A DNA stretch of 64,000 nucleotides from Candidatus Latescibacterota bacterium (GCA_965248265.1 CBDFJF010000002.1:2144001-2208000); one strand, 5' to 3'. Counted from the stretch's first letter, positions 9,747 through 20,466 are shown. Notes: generated by a model from the letters alone, not told the origin. Translations and numbers: made by a program.

Positions 9747-11128
9747 TTGCTTTCAGTGCCGCTCTGGTTGTGAATGGTCCTCTGTATCTCGAGATACTCA
9801 GGCTGGCCGGGTTCGAGCTCGAGCGCCTTGGCGATGGCAGCTACTGCGTCGTCGTGCTTTCGGTTTTGGTGATAGGCGTGAGCGAGTGTAGCCCAATAGG
9901 GGCCAATCGGGTCCAATTCAACAGCTCTGCGGGCAAGCGCCATGGCCTCATCCAGCCGCTGACCCTGCTGGAGATAGTACCATGCGAGGGCATTGCAAGC
10001 CGGCGCAAAGTCCGGTTGGAGAGCGACTGTCCTTTCGAAGGACTGAATCGCGGCGTCGGTCTGCGCTTGTTTTTGGTAACTCCATCCAAGCTGATAGTGT
10101 GCCACCGCGAAATCGGGCTGCAATTCAACGGCTCGCTGCAGGTTAATCTGTGCGTCGGTCAACCGAGAAAGCCCCATATAGGCGGCTCCGAGTCCATAGT
10201 AGGGGTAAGCATCCGTCGGGCTCACAGCCACGAGTTGCTCGAATTCCTCTGCGGCCACGGTGAAATCCTGCAACTGAAGCGCCGTGGAGCCCAGCATGCG
10301 ACGAACCTCTACCGACTCCGGCTTCAGCTCGAGGTAGGCGCGATAACTTTGAACGGCGTCTTCCCATTCCTTCTGTTGAAACGCAATGGCGCCGACTTTG
10401 GCATGAGCAGGCGCGAACTCGGCATCCATGTCGAGCGCTCGTTGGTAGGCATTATTGGCTTCCCGTAAATCGCCTTTCTTGAGGGACTGCTCTCCCTCGA
10501 TGAACCGTTGCTGCGCTTTGATGGATTGGAAGGCCTTCAAGCGCCGTCTGCCTTCGTCTTGATTGCCCAAACGGAAATGTGCATTGGCCAGTTGATAGTA
10601 GGCGCCCGTATTGGTGGGATCGAGGTCAATCGCTTGTTCGTACTCGGGGATTGCTTCCGAAAAGTTTCCCTGCTGGGCGAGCAAAATACCCAATTTGTAG
10701 TGGGGTAAGGATCGGTCCGGGTCGATCTGGATGGCATGTCGATACTGTGCCAGCGCTTGTTCAAAGAGCCCTCGGCGCGCGAAGATCACACCCAGGTTGT
10801 AGTGGGCTTGAAGCAAGTTGGGCTGGAGCTGCAGGGCACGGGTATAGGATTCAATCGCCTCGTCGAGTTGGCCGATCTTGGAGTAGACGGTGCCCAGTTG
10901 TACATGCGCTGTGACATTTCGAGGGTCAATGTTCAAGGCCCGCGTCAGGTATTCGATCGCTTCGGGGAAATTGTTCTGTTTCCTGGATCGCTCCGCGGCT
11001 TCGATATGGGCCTGTACTTCCGATTCCGAATGGACAGGCCAGGCGCAGAACAACAGGAGCAGGTGAATGCTCCAGGTGACGCGCGACGCTTGTTGCCATG
11101 TCAAAACCATCCGAATGTCCCGGGCCAC
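9743..11128 (-). CDS. Exported TPR protein
   Basis: About ten TPR units (AHYNLG, YYQLANA, NALAWYY...TLAHAY); stop overlaps the CRTAC1 start. Confidence 0.9.
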   Translation of the reverse strand: MARDIRMVLTWQQASRVTWSIHLLLLFCAWPVHSESEVQAHIEAAERSRKQNNFPEAIEYLTRALNIDPRNVTAHVQLGTVYSKIGQLDEAIESYTRALQLQPNLLQAHYNLGVIFARRGLFEQALAQYRHAIQIDPDRSLPHYKLGILLAQQGNFSEAIPEYEQAIDLDPTNTGAYYQLANAHFRLGNQDEGRRRLKAFQSIKAQQRFIEGEQSLKKGDLREANNAYQRALDMDAEFAPAHAKVGAIAFQQKEWEDAVQSYRAYLELKPESVEVRRMLGSTALQLQDFTVAAEEFEQLVAVSPTDAYPYYGLGAAYMGLSRLTDAQINLQRAVELQPDFAVAHYQLGWSYQKQAQTDAAIQSFERTVALQPDFAPACNALAWYYLQQGQRLDEAMALARRAVELDPIGPYWATLAHAYHQNRKHDDAVAAIAKALELEPGQPEYLEIQRTIHNQSGTESK

Positions 11129-11144
11129 ATTGTACGCTTTGAGG

Positions 11145-13086
11145 TCACACGTTCACCTGCACTAGTTCAACGAGCGCCATCACGCCGCTGGGCATCCAAT
11201 CACCCATGATGAGGCCCAGAAAGAACGGACGCAGCTTGCGGAAGAGGCGTGGTCCTCCATAGCGAATCGCGGCGCTCTTCAGTATCCAGGCGACCAACAC
11301 ACTGATGAACATCTTGCCCATGGCAAAACTCACGGGAAAGCCGATCGGATGGAACGGCCACCAGAGGAAGCGGTGGCGGGCGAACATGAGCAGGGCCATG
11401 ACCACCGCACCGAGTGCCGTATGGCCCCAATAAGCCAGGTTCGGCTCGGTGTTGGTACCCATGCGCGCGGCGGCGTCCTCCCAGGGATAAAAACCCTGAT
11501 CCTTGAAGTAATGAGAGGTGTTGAATCCGCCGTGCTCATAGGATACATCCAGCATCATGCCGATGCCGCTGCACAGAGTCACGATCAGCCCGGCTATCAT
11601 ACTCCAGAACAGGAGGCGCCGACGGCGTCTGACGGTCTCTTCGATAACCTTGAGGCCGTTGGCCGCCGACACCATCACCAGAATGATCAGGTCGCTGGCC
11701 CAGGCATAAGTGAAAACCGAACGCGACGATACCGCCCGGCTCCAGGGCGCGCGTCCCGACACCGCCGACGATGACATCTGTGGCGATGATGGGTGGGAAA
11801 AACCAGGGCATGCCGCCCTCGGCGACGATTCTGGTGATACCGAGGTAGATGATGAAGGCGATGAGGATGAAGAGGGGAGCGATCCAGGCCGGCAACCCGA
11901 CACTCCACATCCACAGGGACATGAAGCTGAGGCTGCAGACAGCGGCGATGGCGGCAAAGCGGTAGGACATGATCTCGCCCGAGTCGTCTTCGGTGCCCAG
12001 ACCGATGGTGCGGCGCGCTACGCGCACGAGATGGTGACGGGCGTTCCACAGCCCGACGCCGACCAGCGCAACGAAGGCCCCCAGCCCCTGAAAGGCGAAG
12101 GACGAGGGTCCGTACTTCGACCACGGACTGATGATCGGGTCGAACTTGCCGCCTCCCTGGATCGTGGACACGATCTGGTAGCACACGTAGATGGCAAAGA
12201 AGAAGCACAACCCCAGCGTCACGTCGCGGCGGATGAAGTAGGCGAAACCGATCATCATGAAGCTGATGCCCATGCGAACCCTGACCGACTCGCGAAAGAT
12301 GTAGAAGTAGCCGCCGCTGATGTAGATGGGGTCGATGGGGAAGTAGCGGGCCAAGCCGTTGTGCATGCCGATGATGAAGGGCAGGGCGAACCCCAACCAG
12401 AACAACCAGTTCTTGAACAGCGGCTTGATCAGTCCCGGTCGCTGCGAGTCATCGTCCTGAATCATGGCGATGGGCAGCTGCATCATCGGGTAGACGAGCC
12501 GCTCGTGGTCGACCCACTGCTTGCGCAGGATGACGACGATGGAGATCATGGCCACGTGGAGGCTCAGTATGAGCGGCAACCAATGCAACAGGGGCGGCAG
12601 CCACAGTCCCCAGGGCACGGCGCCGTCGCTGCGGCCTTCGTAGAAGTCCTGCAACAACTCCGCGTCTTTGGAGGGAATGGCCCAGTCCGGCGCATGGGGA
12701 AGTACGAGTTCGCCCCAGTTGTTTTCGGGCGAGGCGTAGTAGGCGAGACTGGTGATTTGGGGCAGGAGCGGTGAGACGAAGCCGGATACGGTGACGGCCG
12801 AACCGACAATCCACATCACGTAGACCTGGGTCAATTCTGCAGGCGTCAGCATCCAGCTGCGGCGCATCAGACCCAGGGCCGGATTCACGAACAGCGCCAT
12901 CAGGAACAGCATGATGTTGGCGCCGATGGTGAAATGCCACCCTGAGAACGAGCCCGTGCGCAAAACCATGGAGCTGTACTGGAATCCGGCACCGACGACG
13001 AGGCACCCGAGGAGGCCGATGGCAAAGCCCCGCAGGCTGCAACCGGAGCCTGATCGCGAAACGTCGTTTACGGATGGAGCGGTCAC
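11145..13086 (-). pseudogene. DUF6785/DUF6784-type membrane protein, frameshifted by +1 nt in the A4 run at 11713-11716
   Basis: ORFs 11536..13086 and 11145..11957 join to a full paralog if GGTTTTCACT is read as GGT TTC ACT (paralog: GFTYAW). Confidence 0.8.
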
Positions 13087-13303
13087 GGAGTCAACGCCTG
13101 ATCACCCTACTCTCCAAAGAACACCTTACCTTGTCTCATAGATCCTCTCCTCTGATCAGGCTGCGCTCCTCGCGCGACGTGCACTGAGCCAGTTGAACAG
13201 TCAGCATGATAACAGAGCCCCTCGGTCCGGACCAGTCCTCGTCTGGAACGAGTGTTGGGCAAGACCGAACGACTTGAGTTGACTCGGTAGAAAGGGATTG
13301 GCG

Positions 13304-14089
13304 ATGAAGATCACCTTCCTAGGGACTTGCGCCGGTACGGAGCCAATGGCCGGCAGACGACACAGCTCGTTCGTGGTCGAGCACGGCGGGGGACTCTATT
13401 GGTTCGACGCGGGAGAGAGCTGCGCCTATACAGCCCATCTGCTCGGGATCGATTTGCTCGCTACAAGGGCGATTTTCATCAGCCACCGGCACATCGACCA
13501 CATCGGGGGATTACCCAATCTGCTGTGGACGATCCGCAAGCTCAACACCCGCTCGGAGCTCGAGCCGAAGCCATGGCATGACATGACCCTACCGGTGTTC
13601 CTTCCCGACATGGGCACCTGGAAGGCAGTGTGGGAGCTGTTGAATCGGTACGCGGACTTCACTTTTACGATTGAACCTTCCCGGCCGCAGGACGGGTTGG
13701 TATTCGAAGGAGACGGACTGAAGGTTGTCGCGGCGCACAACCGCCACCTGGGCGAACCGGCCGAAGGCGAGCCCTGGGAGTCTTTCTCCTACCGCATCGA
13801 GGCAGAGGACGGCAAGCGCGTCGTATTCTCGGGTGACGTGGCAGACACATCGGAGTTGCAACCGCTTCTAGGTGGCGCCGACCTCGTGCTCATGGAGACC
13901 GGCCATCACACGGTCCAGGATGTATGTGTCTACCTGCGCGATTCCGGCCTGGCTCCCGACCAGCTGGGGTTCATCCATCACGGCAGGGCGATTCTTGCCG
14001 ATCCTGACGGGGAACTGAGGAAAGCCAAAAGCATACTCGGCGATGGAGTTTTCCTGGCAGAAGACGGCATGGTGCTCGAGTTGGATTGA
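13304..14089 (+). CDS. MBL-fold metallohydrolase, RNase Z/AtsA-like
   Basis: MKITFLGT, FDAGE, SHRHIDHIGG (HxHxDH), VVFSGD. Confidence 0.85.
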   Translation: MKITFLGTCAGTEPMAGRRHSSFVVEHGGGLYWFDAGESCAYTAHLLGIDLLATRAIFISHRHIDHIGGLPNLLWTIRKLNTRSELEPKPWHDMTLPVFLPDMGTWKAVWELLNRYADFTFTIEPSRPQDGLVFEGDGLKVVAAHNRHLGEPAEGEPWESFSYRIEAEDGKRVVFSGDVADTSELQPLLGGADLVLMETGHHTVQDVCVYLRDSGLAPDQLGFIHHGRAILADPDGELRKAKSILGDGVFLAEDGMVLELD

Positions 14090-14204
14090 CGCCATGGTCC
14101 AGTAAACTACATACTGTAATCGAGGACGCTTCGATGACGGAAGCAACACCTGACGGCTACGCCTGCCGAAGGTGCACAACGCACCCATCTACGGACCAAG
14201 AGAG

Positions 14205-16082
14205 ATGATCTCAATCACCGCGACCCAGATTGCCGACCCGCCACGATGGGCAGCGCTGCAACGGCGCCTGTTCTCCGTCATGGAGGAAGCTGCCAGGATA
14301 ACGGTCGACAAATACACCGACGACGAGGGCATACCCTACTTCGCCGACGATGTCGACGATATCTACGAGCGCTTCTATAGCTGGCCACTGTTCTACTCGG
14401 TAGGCGCCAGCGACGACATGCTGCGGTTGTCCGCCCGGGAGTACGAAGTGATCACCCGCTCCAACGGGGAGGATGCGCAGAACCCGCACTTTCCGTGGCT
14501 GTTCCCGCAGCTCCACAATGAGTATTACAGCCTGACCGTTCCGGAGGGACAGGCCGCATCGTGGATACCCGGCCAGCGGATCATCACCGACTGGCACCAC
14601 ATGGGCGAGGGCAACGAGTTGTTCTACAACATTGGGATGGCTGACCCCGCGACTCCCGGGCACGCGGAGAGATCGGAGCGCTTCGCCGCCATGATGATCG
14701 GCGAAGACCCGGGGGCCGACAACTACGATTACGGCCTAAATCAATTTCGGTCCGTGTACACAGACGCACGGGGCCCCATCTACGAAGTCAACCTCGAGCA
14801 GGCAAAGGGTTTCCTCCACGGCGGCAGCCCCACGATGCCCGATTGGGCGCCTCAGCCGATGGGAGTGCGTGTGGGGTTGTATCCGGCCGTCAAAGACGCG
14901 GAGCCGGACTGGTACGACCGCCCCGAGCGGGCCACCCACATACTCGACACCTTCAATCGGCTCGTCATGCCGGGCGACATCCCTCACAATATGGGTGCCG
15001 CCGGGCTGGTCACCAACGCCTACCTGCACACGGGCGACGAGCGCTACAAGCAGTGGGTGCTGCGCTACGTAGAAGGCTGGATCGACCGCATGAAAGTCAA
15101 CGGCGGCATCATGCCCGACAACATCGGGCCGACCGGCAAGGTCGGTGAACACCGGAACGGTCAGTGGTGGGGTGGTTGGTACGGTTGGAACTGCTACAAG
15201 GGTATCAACATCGGTCTGACCTCGATGACGATCGCCGCGGAGTGCGCTCACCTGCTCAGCGGTGACGACGCGTTCCTCGAGGTGATTCGATCGCAGATGA
15301 AGGTGCTGTTCGAGAATTCGCGGACCCTCGACAACGGGCAGCTGGTGGTTTCCTGGCGGTACGGTCCCGATGGATGGTTCGATTACCAGCCGATGTCTAA
15401 CAAGTGGCTGCCGCACGTGTACCACGCTTCGATGGCCGACGTAGACCGCCAGATGATGGAGCGGGTGCGCGAAGGTGATGCGGGGCGCGATTGGTCCGAG
15501 CTCGGCAGTGGCAAATGGGCATTCTTCCAATACCACAGCGGAAAGTTTCCGAACTGGCCGGAGAAGCTCATGGAGTTCGGGTTGGCGCAGGCCGAGGATG
15601 CCCTGGCACGCGTCAGGGCGGAGTCGCGCGAGCCAGATCAGATGATAACCGAAAACAGCGGCATCCCGAATCCGGTAAGCATGGAGGTCTTGACGCAGGT
15701 GATGCTCGGATCACCGGGCACGGTCTACAACGGCGGTCTGTTGAGGGCGACAGTGCGCTACTTCGATCCGGAACGATCCCGTGCCGGTCTTCCTGAAGAC
15801 GTGGCGGCGCTGGTAGACGGGCTCGGTCCGGACCGTGCCGGAGTCCACCTCGTGAACCTCAGCCATCACGAGACGCGCCGGATCGTGGTGCAGGCCGGGG
15901 CCTTCGGTGAACATCGCTTCAACAACGTGAAGTACGTCGACGCGGACGGTGACAGGGGTGTCGAAGTTGCGGCGAAGCATCTCGAGGTGGTGTTGCCACC
16001 GGGCACTGCAATCCACCTCAGCTGCGGTCTCGAGCGCTTCGCCCACAAGCCCAGCTACGCATTCCCCTGGCATGGCGAGTGA
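14205..16082 (+). CDS. Conserved hypothetical cytoplasmic protein, possibly an (alpha/alpha)-barrel carbohydrate enzyme
   Basis: Long Trp/Gly-rich ORF (DWHHMGEG, GIMPDNIGPTG, WWGGWYGW, VQAGAFGEH); fold assignment is inference. Confidence 0.7.
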   Translation: MISITATQIADPPRWAALQRRLFSVMEEAARITVDKYTDDEGIPYFADDVDDIYERFYSWPLFYSVGASDDMLRLSAREYEVITRSNGEDAQNPHFPWLFPQLHNEYYSLTVPEGQAASWIPGQRIITDWHHMGEGNELFYNIGMADPATPGHAERSERFAAMMIGEDPGADNYDYGLNQFRSVYTDARGPIYEVNLEQAKGFLHGGSPTMPDWAPQPMGVRVGLYPAVKDAEPDWYDRPERATHILDTFNRLVMPGDIPHNMGAAGLVTNAYLHTGDERYKQWVLRYVEGWIDRMKVNGGIMPDNIGPTGKVGEHRNGQWWGGWYGWNCYKGINIGLTSMTIAAECAHLLSGDDAFLEVIRSQMKVLFENSRTLDNGQLVVSWRYGPDGWFDYQPMSNKWLPHVYHASMADVDRQMMERVREGDAGRDWSELGSGKWAFFQYHSGKFPNWPEKLMEFGLAQAEDALARVRAESREPDQMITENSGIPNPVSMEVLTQVMLGSPGTVYNGGLLRATVRYFDPERSRAGLPEDVAALVDGLGPDRAGVHLVNLSHHETRRIVVQAGAFGEHRFNNVKYVDADGDRGVEVAAKHLEVVLPPGTAIHLSCGLERFAHKPSYAFPWHGE

Positions 16083-16110
16083 AGGCCAGGAGATCCGTCG
16101 GGAGGACACC

Positions 16111-17667
16111 ATGAGAAAGCCACGGCTGATCTACTACAACGACGGCCACCACTACCACGGCAAAAGGGTCGACCCCCCGTTGAGCCTGAGGAAGCTCTAC
16201 TGGCCCGTCGACGAAGTGGTAGGCACCGGCGTGGAGATGCTGGTGTTTGGGATGGGCTACGGAGATGTCTACTTCCATCAGAGCAGGATCGGCAGGACCA
16301 TCGGCGAGGCCAAGGAAGTGTGGGAGAGCTTCATCGATTGGCGGATCATGCGCATGGTCCGGGAAGCCAAGGAGAAGTACGATACGGACCAGATCCACGA
16401 GGTTGTCAGGCGAGGACGGCACCTGGGCATGCCTGTGGTCGCCAGTCTAAAAATGAACAACGGCCATGCGCCTGGGGCGAACCGCTGCGGCTGGCTCAGG
16501 TGGAACAAGGGCAAAGAGGTCTGCCTTGACGAGCCACCCCAGGAGTGGTGTTACGACTACACCAACACCGATGTCATCGAGTACAAACAAGCCCTGATCC
16601 GGGAAATGCTGGAGGACTACGAAACGGATGGGATCGAGCTTGACTTCATGTTCACCCCTGTGTTCTTCCGCAAGGCTGAGGTGGAGAAGGGCACCCTGGT
16701 GATGAACAAGTTCGTCGCCGACGTGAGGCAAATGGCAAACGAAATTGGCGCGAAGCAAGGGCGTGACATCACCGTGATGGCGCGGGTCTACCACCGGCGA
16801 GATGCCAACCTCGAGATAGGTCTCGACGTCGAGACGTGGCTCAAGGAACGCAGCGTGGACCTCGTGGTCGGCCAAGTCAAGCCAGTATCCCTCTTAGAAA
16901 CGGGTGATACACAAGGCCGCTGGATGGCCGACGCCGCCAACGCCGCTGGCGGGGCCGCCTACCTCCGGCCACCTCTGCTGGTGTACGACGAGCGCACGAT
17001 CTTCGCACATCCCGAGATGTACCGGGCCCTCAGGCAGGCCCTCGACTATCAAGGCTTTGCGGGGATGTACTTGGGGTACCTACCGTGGCCCTTTAGTCAT
17101 ACCGAATACCAGATCCTCAGGGAGGTAGCATATCCTGAGGTGATCGCCCGCCACGACAAGCGGTACATCCTGCAGCCCCGCGAGGCGCAGGTACAAGCCC
17201 GAGCGCTGCCAGCCAAGCTCGAGGAGGGCGAGACGGCGCGTATCGACATTCTCGTCGGCGACGACCTGGATAGCGCGCGCAACGAACACGAGATGCGCAA
17301 GCCGGTGCTGACGATACGGTTTGCCGAGTTCTGCGTGGAAGACGACATCGAAATACGATTCAATGGGGAAGTGCTGCCCTTCGAGGATGCGGAGATCACG
17401 GACGAGCGGGCTACCCGCATATTGGGGAGGTTGCGTACACCCGGGGTGGAAGCCCCCGACACCATCGGTGGTTTCTGGTTCCGCTACAGACTCGACCTCG
17501 ACCTGCTTAAGCAAGGCGACAACACCCTTGAGGTCGAAGTCAGGAGCTTCGAGAAGACCGCGGGCTTCGACCGTACGGTCAGCGGTGTCGAGGTACAGAC
17601 GCGCTTCAGGGACTTCGTGCGGCCTGAGGGCCTCAGCATCGGGCGCATGCCGCCGACGGCGCAGTAG
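16111..17667 (+). CDS. Glycoside hydrolase family 10-like (GHL10/DUF187-type) TIM-barrel protein
   Basis: SD GGAGG; RLIYYNDG, SLKMN, DY...V......IREMLEDYETDGIELDF. Confidence 0.72.
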   Translation: MRKPRLIYYNDGHHYHGKRVDPPLSLRKLYWPVDEVVGTGVEMLVFGMGYGDVYFHQSRIGRTIGEAKEVWESFIDWRIMRMVREAKEKYDTDQIHEVVRRGRHLGMPVVASLKMNNGHAPGANRCGWLRWNKGKEVCLDEPPQEWCYDYTNTDVIEYKQALIREMLEDYETDGIELDFMFTPVFFRKAEVEKGTLVMNKFVADVRQMANEIGAKQGRDITVMARVYHRRDANLEIGLDVETWLKERSVDLVVGQVKPVSLLETGDTQGRWMADAANAAGGAAYLRPPLLVYDERTIFAHPEMYRALRQALDYQGFAGMYLGYLPWPFSHTEYQILREVAYPEVIARHDKRYILQPREAQVQARALPAKLEEGETARIDILVGDDLDSARNEHEMRKPVLTIRFAEFCVEDDIEIRFNGEVLPFEDAEITDERATRILGRLRTPGVEAPDTIGGFWFRYRLDLDLLKQGDNTLEVEVRSFEKTAGFDRTVSGVEVQTRFRDFVRPEGLSIGRMPPTAQ

Positions 17668-18540
17668 CTAGCGTAATCCTTCCGGCAGACCGTAGGGCTT
17701 ACCGATTCCCCTTGTCTGCACCGGCCAGCTCGCGCCGCCCAGATTCCGGAACTTATCGTGTTCGCCGCACAGCCACAGAAACATTTCCGCGATTCTCACG
17801 GCCGGACGAAGCTGCTCGGCCAGCGCGGCGACGGGACTTCGGTAGTTGGCGCTCGCGAAATCGAAGTCATCTTCCCTGACCCAGTCCCGCGCCGGCGGCG
17901 TCGTGCGCCAATAGTTGTACTTGAGCAGGTTGCGCGTGCCGGTCGCCGTGGCCTTGCCGCGTCGATGCCAGATCTGGTACACGGTCAAAAAAATTGAACC
18001 GGCCGGCGCCGCCGTCGGCATGGCCCCGGCGATACTCCCCAGATGCGCCATGAAACGGGCGGCGTTTCGGATCAGGTGCGAACCTGGAACCACGTCCGTC
18101 GGGCCCAGCTCAACCGGCGTGTCCTGCGGGTAATAGAAGACCTGCAGATAGTTCAGCTCGTGTGAGAAATCGAAATTCCCGTCAACGTGCCATCCCTGGT
18201 TCGCAAAAGGGGCTTCCTCACGGTGATTGGCCACCCACACGGGCAGGTGAAAGTTCGGTCCCAGCAGCGACCGGACCGCCCCCGCCGCCTCGCGGTTCAA
18301 GATCACGTTCTCCATGAACCAATCCTGCTCGAGGATGTCATCGGGGGAGAACGATTTCTGGCCGTGCGGACGCGTCCCGTGTTCGACGTTGTGGTCGCAG
18401 TAGTCCAGCGTTTTCTGGTTGATGTCATCGGCGACGACGCTTTCCAGCATGATGAACCCGTTCCTGCAGAAATCGAGCACCGCCGAGTCCGTCAGCGTCG
18501 GCCCACAGTCGTGGCGTTCCCGGGTCGTGGTCCCCGTCAT
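17668..18540 (-). CDS. Phytanoyl-CoA dioxygenase (PhyH) family protein
   Basis: WHVDG, GPTDVVPGSH, distal WHRR; ATG overlaps the upstream stop. Confidence 0.85.
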   Translation of the reverse strand: MTGTTTRERHDCGPTLTDSAVLDFCRNGFIMLESVVADDINQKTLDYCDHNVEHGTRPHGQKSFSPDDILEQDWFMENVILNREAAGAVRSLLGPNFHLPVWVANHREEAPFANQGWHVDGNFDFSHELNYLQVFYYPQDTPVELGPTDVVPGSHLIRNAARFMAHLGSIAGAMPTAAPAGSIFLTVYQIWHRRGKATATGTRNLLKYNYWRTTPPARDWVREDDFDFASANYRSPVAALAEQLRPAVRIAEMFLWLCGEHDKFRNLGGASWPVQTRGIGKPYGLPEGLR

Positions 18541-18911
18541 CGTGATCTCCAGCGCTCGAGGATGAACTCGAATCCGAGCCCGTGCGGTTCGTCCGGCGAC
18601 ACCGCCAGCAAGGCCATGTTCGGAAAACTGATGATGCGCCAACCATCGCGCAGCGCCCCCAGCACGGTCTTGTACGGCCAGTCCGCCGGGTCCGGAGGAC
18701 CTTCATTCAGCTCGCCGTCTTCGAGCAGCATCATGCCGATGACGTTGCCTTCAACCGAGCTGTTGTGCACCTGGAGGTACAGGAGATCCTGCCGCTTGTG
18801 ATGGTCCGACATCAGTTCGGCGATGCCGTCGCGCAGCTCTTCGGCGGTGAGCGTGCCGGCGGTGAGTTTGGCCGCCAGCGCGTTTGTGATGTCGCATGGT
18901 CTGTCAGTCAT
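18537..18911 (-). CDS. Small hypothetical protein coupled to PhyH
   Basis: ATGA overlap with PhyH; globular-looking sequence (RQDLLYL, WPYKTVLGALRDGWRIISFP, FEFILE). Confidence 0.7.
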   Translation of the reverse strand: MTDRPCDITNALAAKLTAGTLTAEELRDGIAELMSDHHKRQDLLYLQVHNSSVEGNVIGMMLLEDGELNEGPPDPADWPYKTVLGALRDGWRIISFPNMALLAVSPDEPHGLGFEFILERWRSR

Positions 18912-19101
18912 CTCGAGATTCCGTCCGCCGACGCCGTCCTGCACCAGTGCCGGTTGGTATCAACGGCATGCGCTGTCCTCTCGGTTCGTTTGTGGCATGA
19001 CGGAAATCATACTCGGCTCGAGCACGCCGGTCCAGGGGCTCGAGATCGAGATGAGAGGGCTTCGGTATGAGAGGTCCTGCCGATCGGCTATACTTTGCAC
19101 C

Positions 19102-20457
19102 ATGGACGACGTCTACGACTATATCGACGGTCAGCGCGAACAGGCTCTAGACCAGCTGTTCGAGCTGATCGCGCAACCGAGCATCAGTGCCACCGGGGAG
19201 GGCATCCCGGCGTGCGTCGAGCTACTCCGTCGGTTGATGGAGGCTTCGGGCGCGGACGTCCAGGTTTTTTCGGGCGCGGGTCCTCCCATGCTGTACGGCG
19301 AAGTGCTCTCTCCCGGCGCCGAGCGGACCATACTCGTCTACGGGCACTACGATGTGCAACCGCCCGATCCCCTGGATGAATGGATCACTCCACCCTTCGA
19401 TCCGACTGTCAGAGACGGCAAGATCTACGCCCGCGGCAGCGGCGACAACAAGGGTCAGCTGTTCGCCCAGCTCAAGGGTGTCGAGGCTGTATTGCGCAGT
19501 CGCGGCAAGCTGCCCGTGAACGTGAAGTTTCTCTTCGAGGGTGGAGAAGAGATCGGCAGCCCCGACATCCCCACCTTCGTCGGCGAGCACCTTGATCTGC
19601 TCGCCTGCGATCTGGTCTGCTGCGCCGACAACCACCACTCCTATGGCCCGCGCCCGGAAGTGATCTTTGGTGTGCGCGGCATACTCTACCTCGAGCTCAC
19701 CGCCCACGGTCCCAGCTTCGACAGACACTCCGGTAATTTCGGCGGGCTCGTCAACAGTCCCAACGAACGCCTGGCGCGCCTCGTTCCCCGACTGAAGGAC
19801 GAGCACAATCGCATCCTCATCCCCGGTTTCTACGACGACGTGCAGCCCCCGTCCGCCCTCGACCTGGCGGCGCTGGAGGAACTGCCTCTGGACGAAGCAA
19901 CGCTGGCGCAGGAGCTCGGCATCAACCGGATTGCCGGCGATCCGAAGATTCCCTTTCTGCAAAAGCGTTTGCTGCAGCCGACGCTCAATGTCAACGGCTT
20001 CTGGGGTGGTTACACCGGCCCCGGCATGAAGACGATCATCCCGCACCAGGCGACGATGAAAATCGACATGCGCCTCGTCGAGCGGCAATCGCCCGACGAC
20101 ATCTACGAAAAATTCACTGCCTATCTGGGTGAGCTGGGTTGCGGCGACGTGGGCGTGACGAGCCACGGGCGTATGTTGCCCTGGCGCACGCCATTAGACC
20201 ATCCCGGGGGTGCCGCGGTGGTTCGCGCCGTGGCAGCCGGTTTTGGCGCACCGCCGTACCGGGTCCCGAGTATCGGCGGCAGTCTACCCATGGCCGCGTT
20301 CAAACAGATACCCGGTGCCGGGATCTTCCTGATACCCTATGGTCAACACGACGAGAACAATCACTCTCCCAACGAGTGCTTCGCCGTAGAGAACTTTTTC
20401 AAGGGTATGTGCACCATGGCCAACCTGATCGTAGAGATCGGCACAGAGGGAGACTGA
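19102..20457 (+). CDS. M20 family dipeptidase/amidohydrolase
   Basis: YGHYDVQPPDP, ARGSGDNKGQ, EGGEEIGS, HSGNFGG, HSPNE. Confidence 0.92.
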   Translation: MDDVYDYIDGQREQALDQLFELIAQPSISATGEGIPACVELLRRLMEASGADVQVFSGAGPPMLYGEVLSPGAERTILVYGHYDVQPPDPLDEWITPPFDPTVRDGKIYARGSGDNKGQLFAQLKGVEAVLRSRGKLPVNVKFLFEGGEEIGSPDIPTFVGEHLDLLACDLVCCADNHHSYGPRPEVIFGVRGILYLELTAHGPSFDRHSGNFGGLVNSPNERLARLVPRLKDEHNRILIPGFYDDVQPPSALDLAALEELPLDEATLAQELGINRIAGDPKIPFLQKRLLQPTLNVNGFWGGYTGPGMKTIIPHQATMKIDMRLVERQSPDDIYEKFTAYLGELGCGDVGVTSHGRMLPWRTPLDHPGGAAVVRAVAAGFGAPPYRVPSIGGSLPMAAFKQIPGAGIFLIPYGQHDENNHSPNECFAVENFFKGMCTMANLIVEIGTEGD

Positions 20458-20466
20458 CAACACGGT

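Noticed and set aside
11700-11725. Programmed ribosomal frameshift in DUF6785
   Set aside because: No canonical slippery heptamer; the twin copy is in frame here and broken elsewhere
14134-14208. 24-aa ORF MTEATPDGYACRRC... overlapping the 14205 start
   Set aside because: No recognisable homology; could arise by chance
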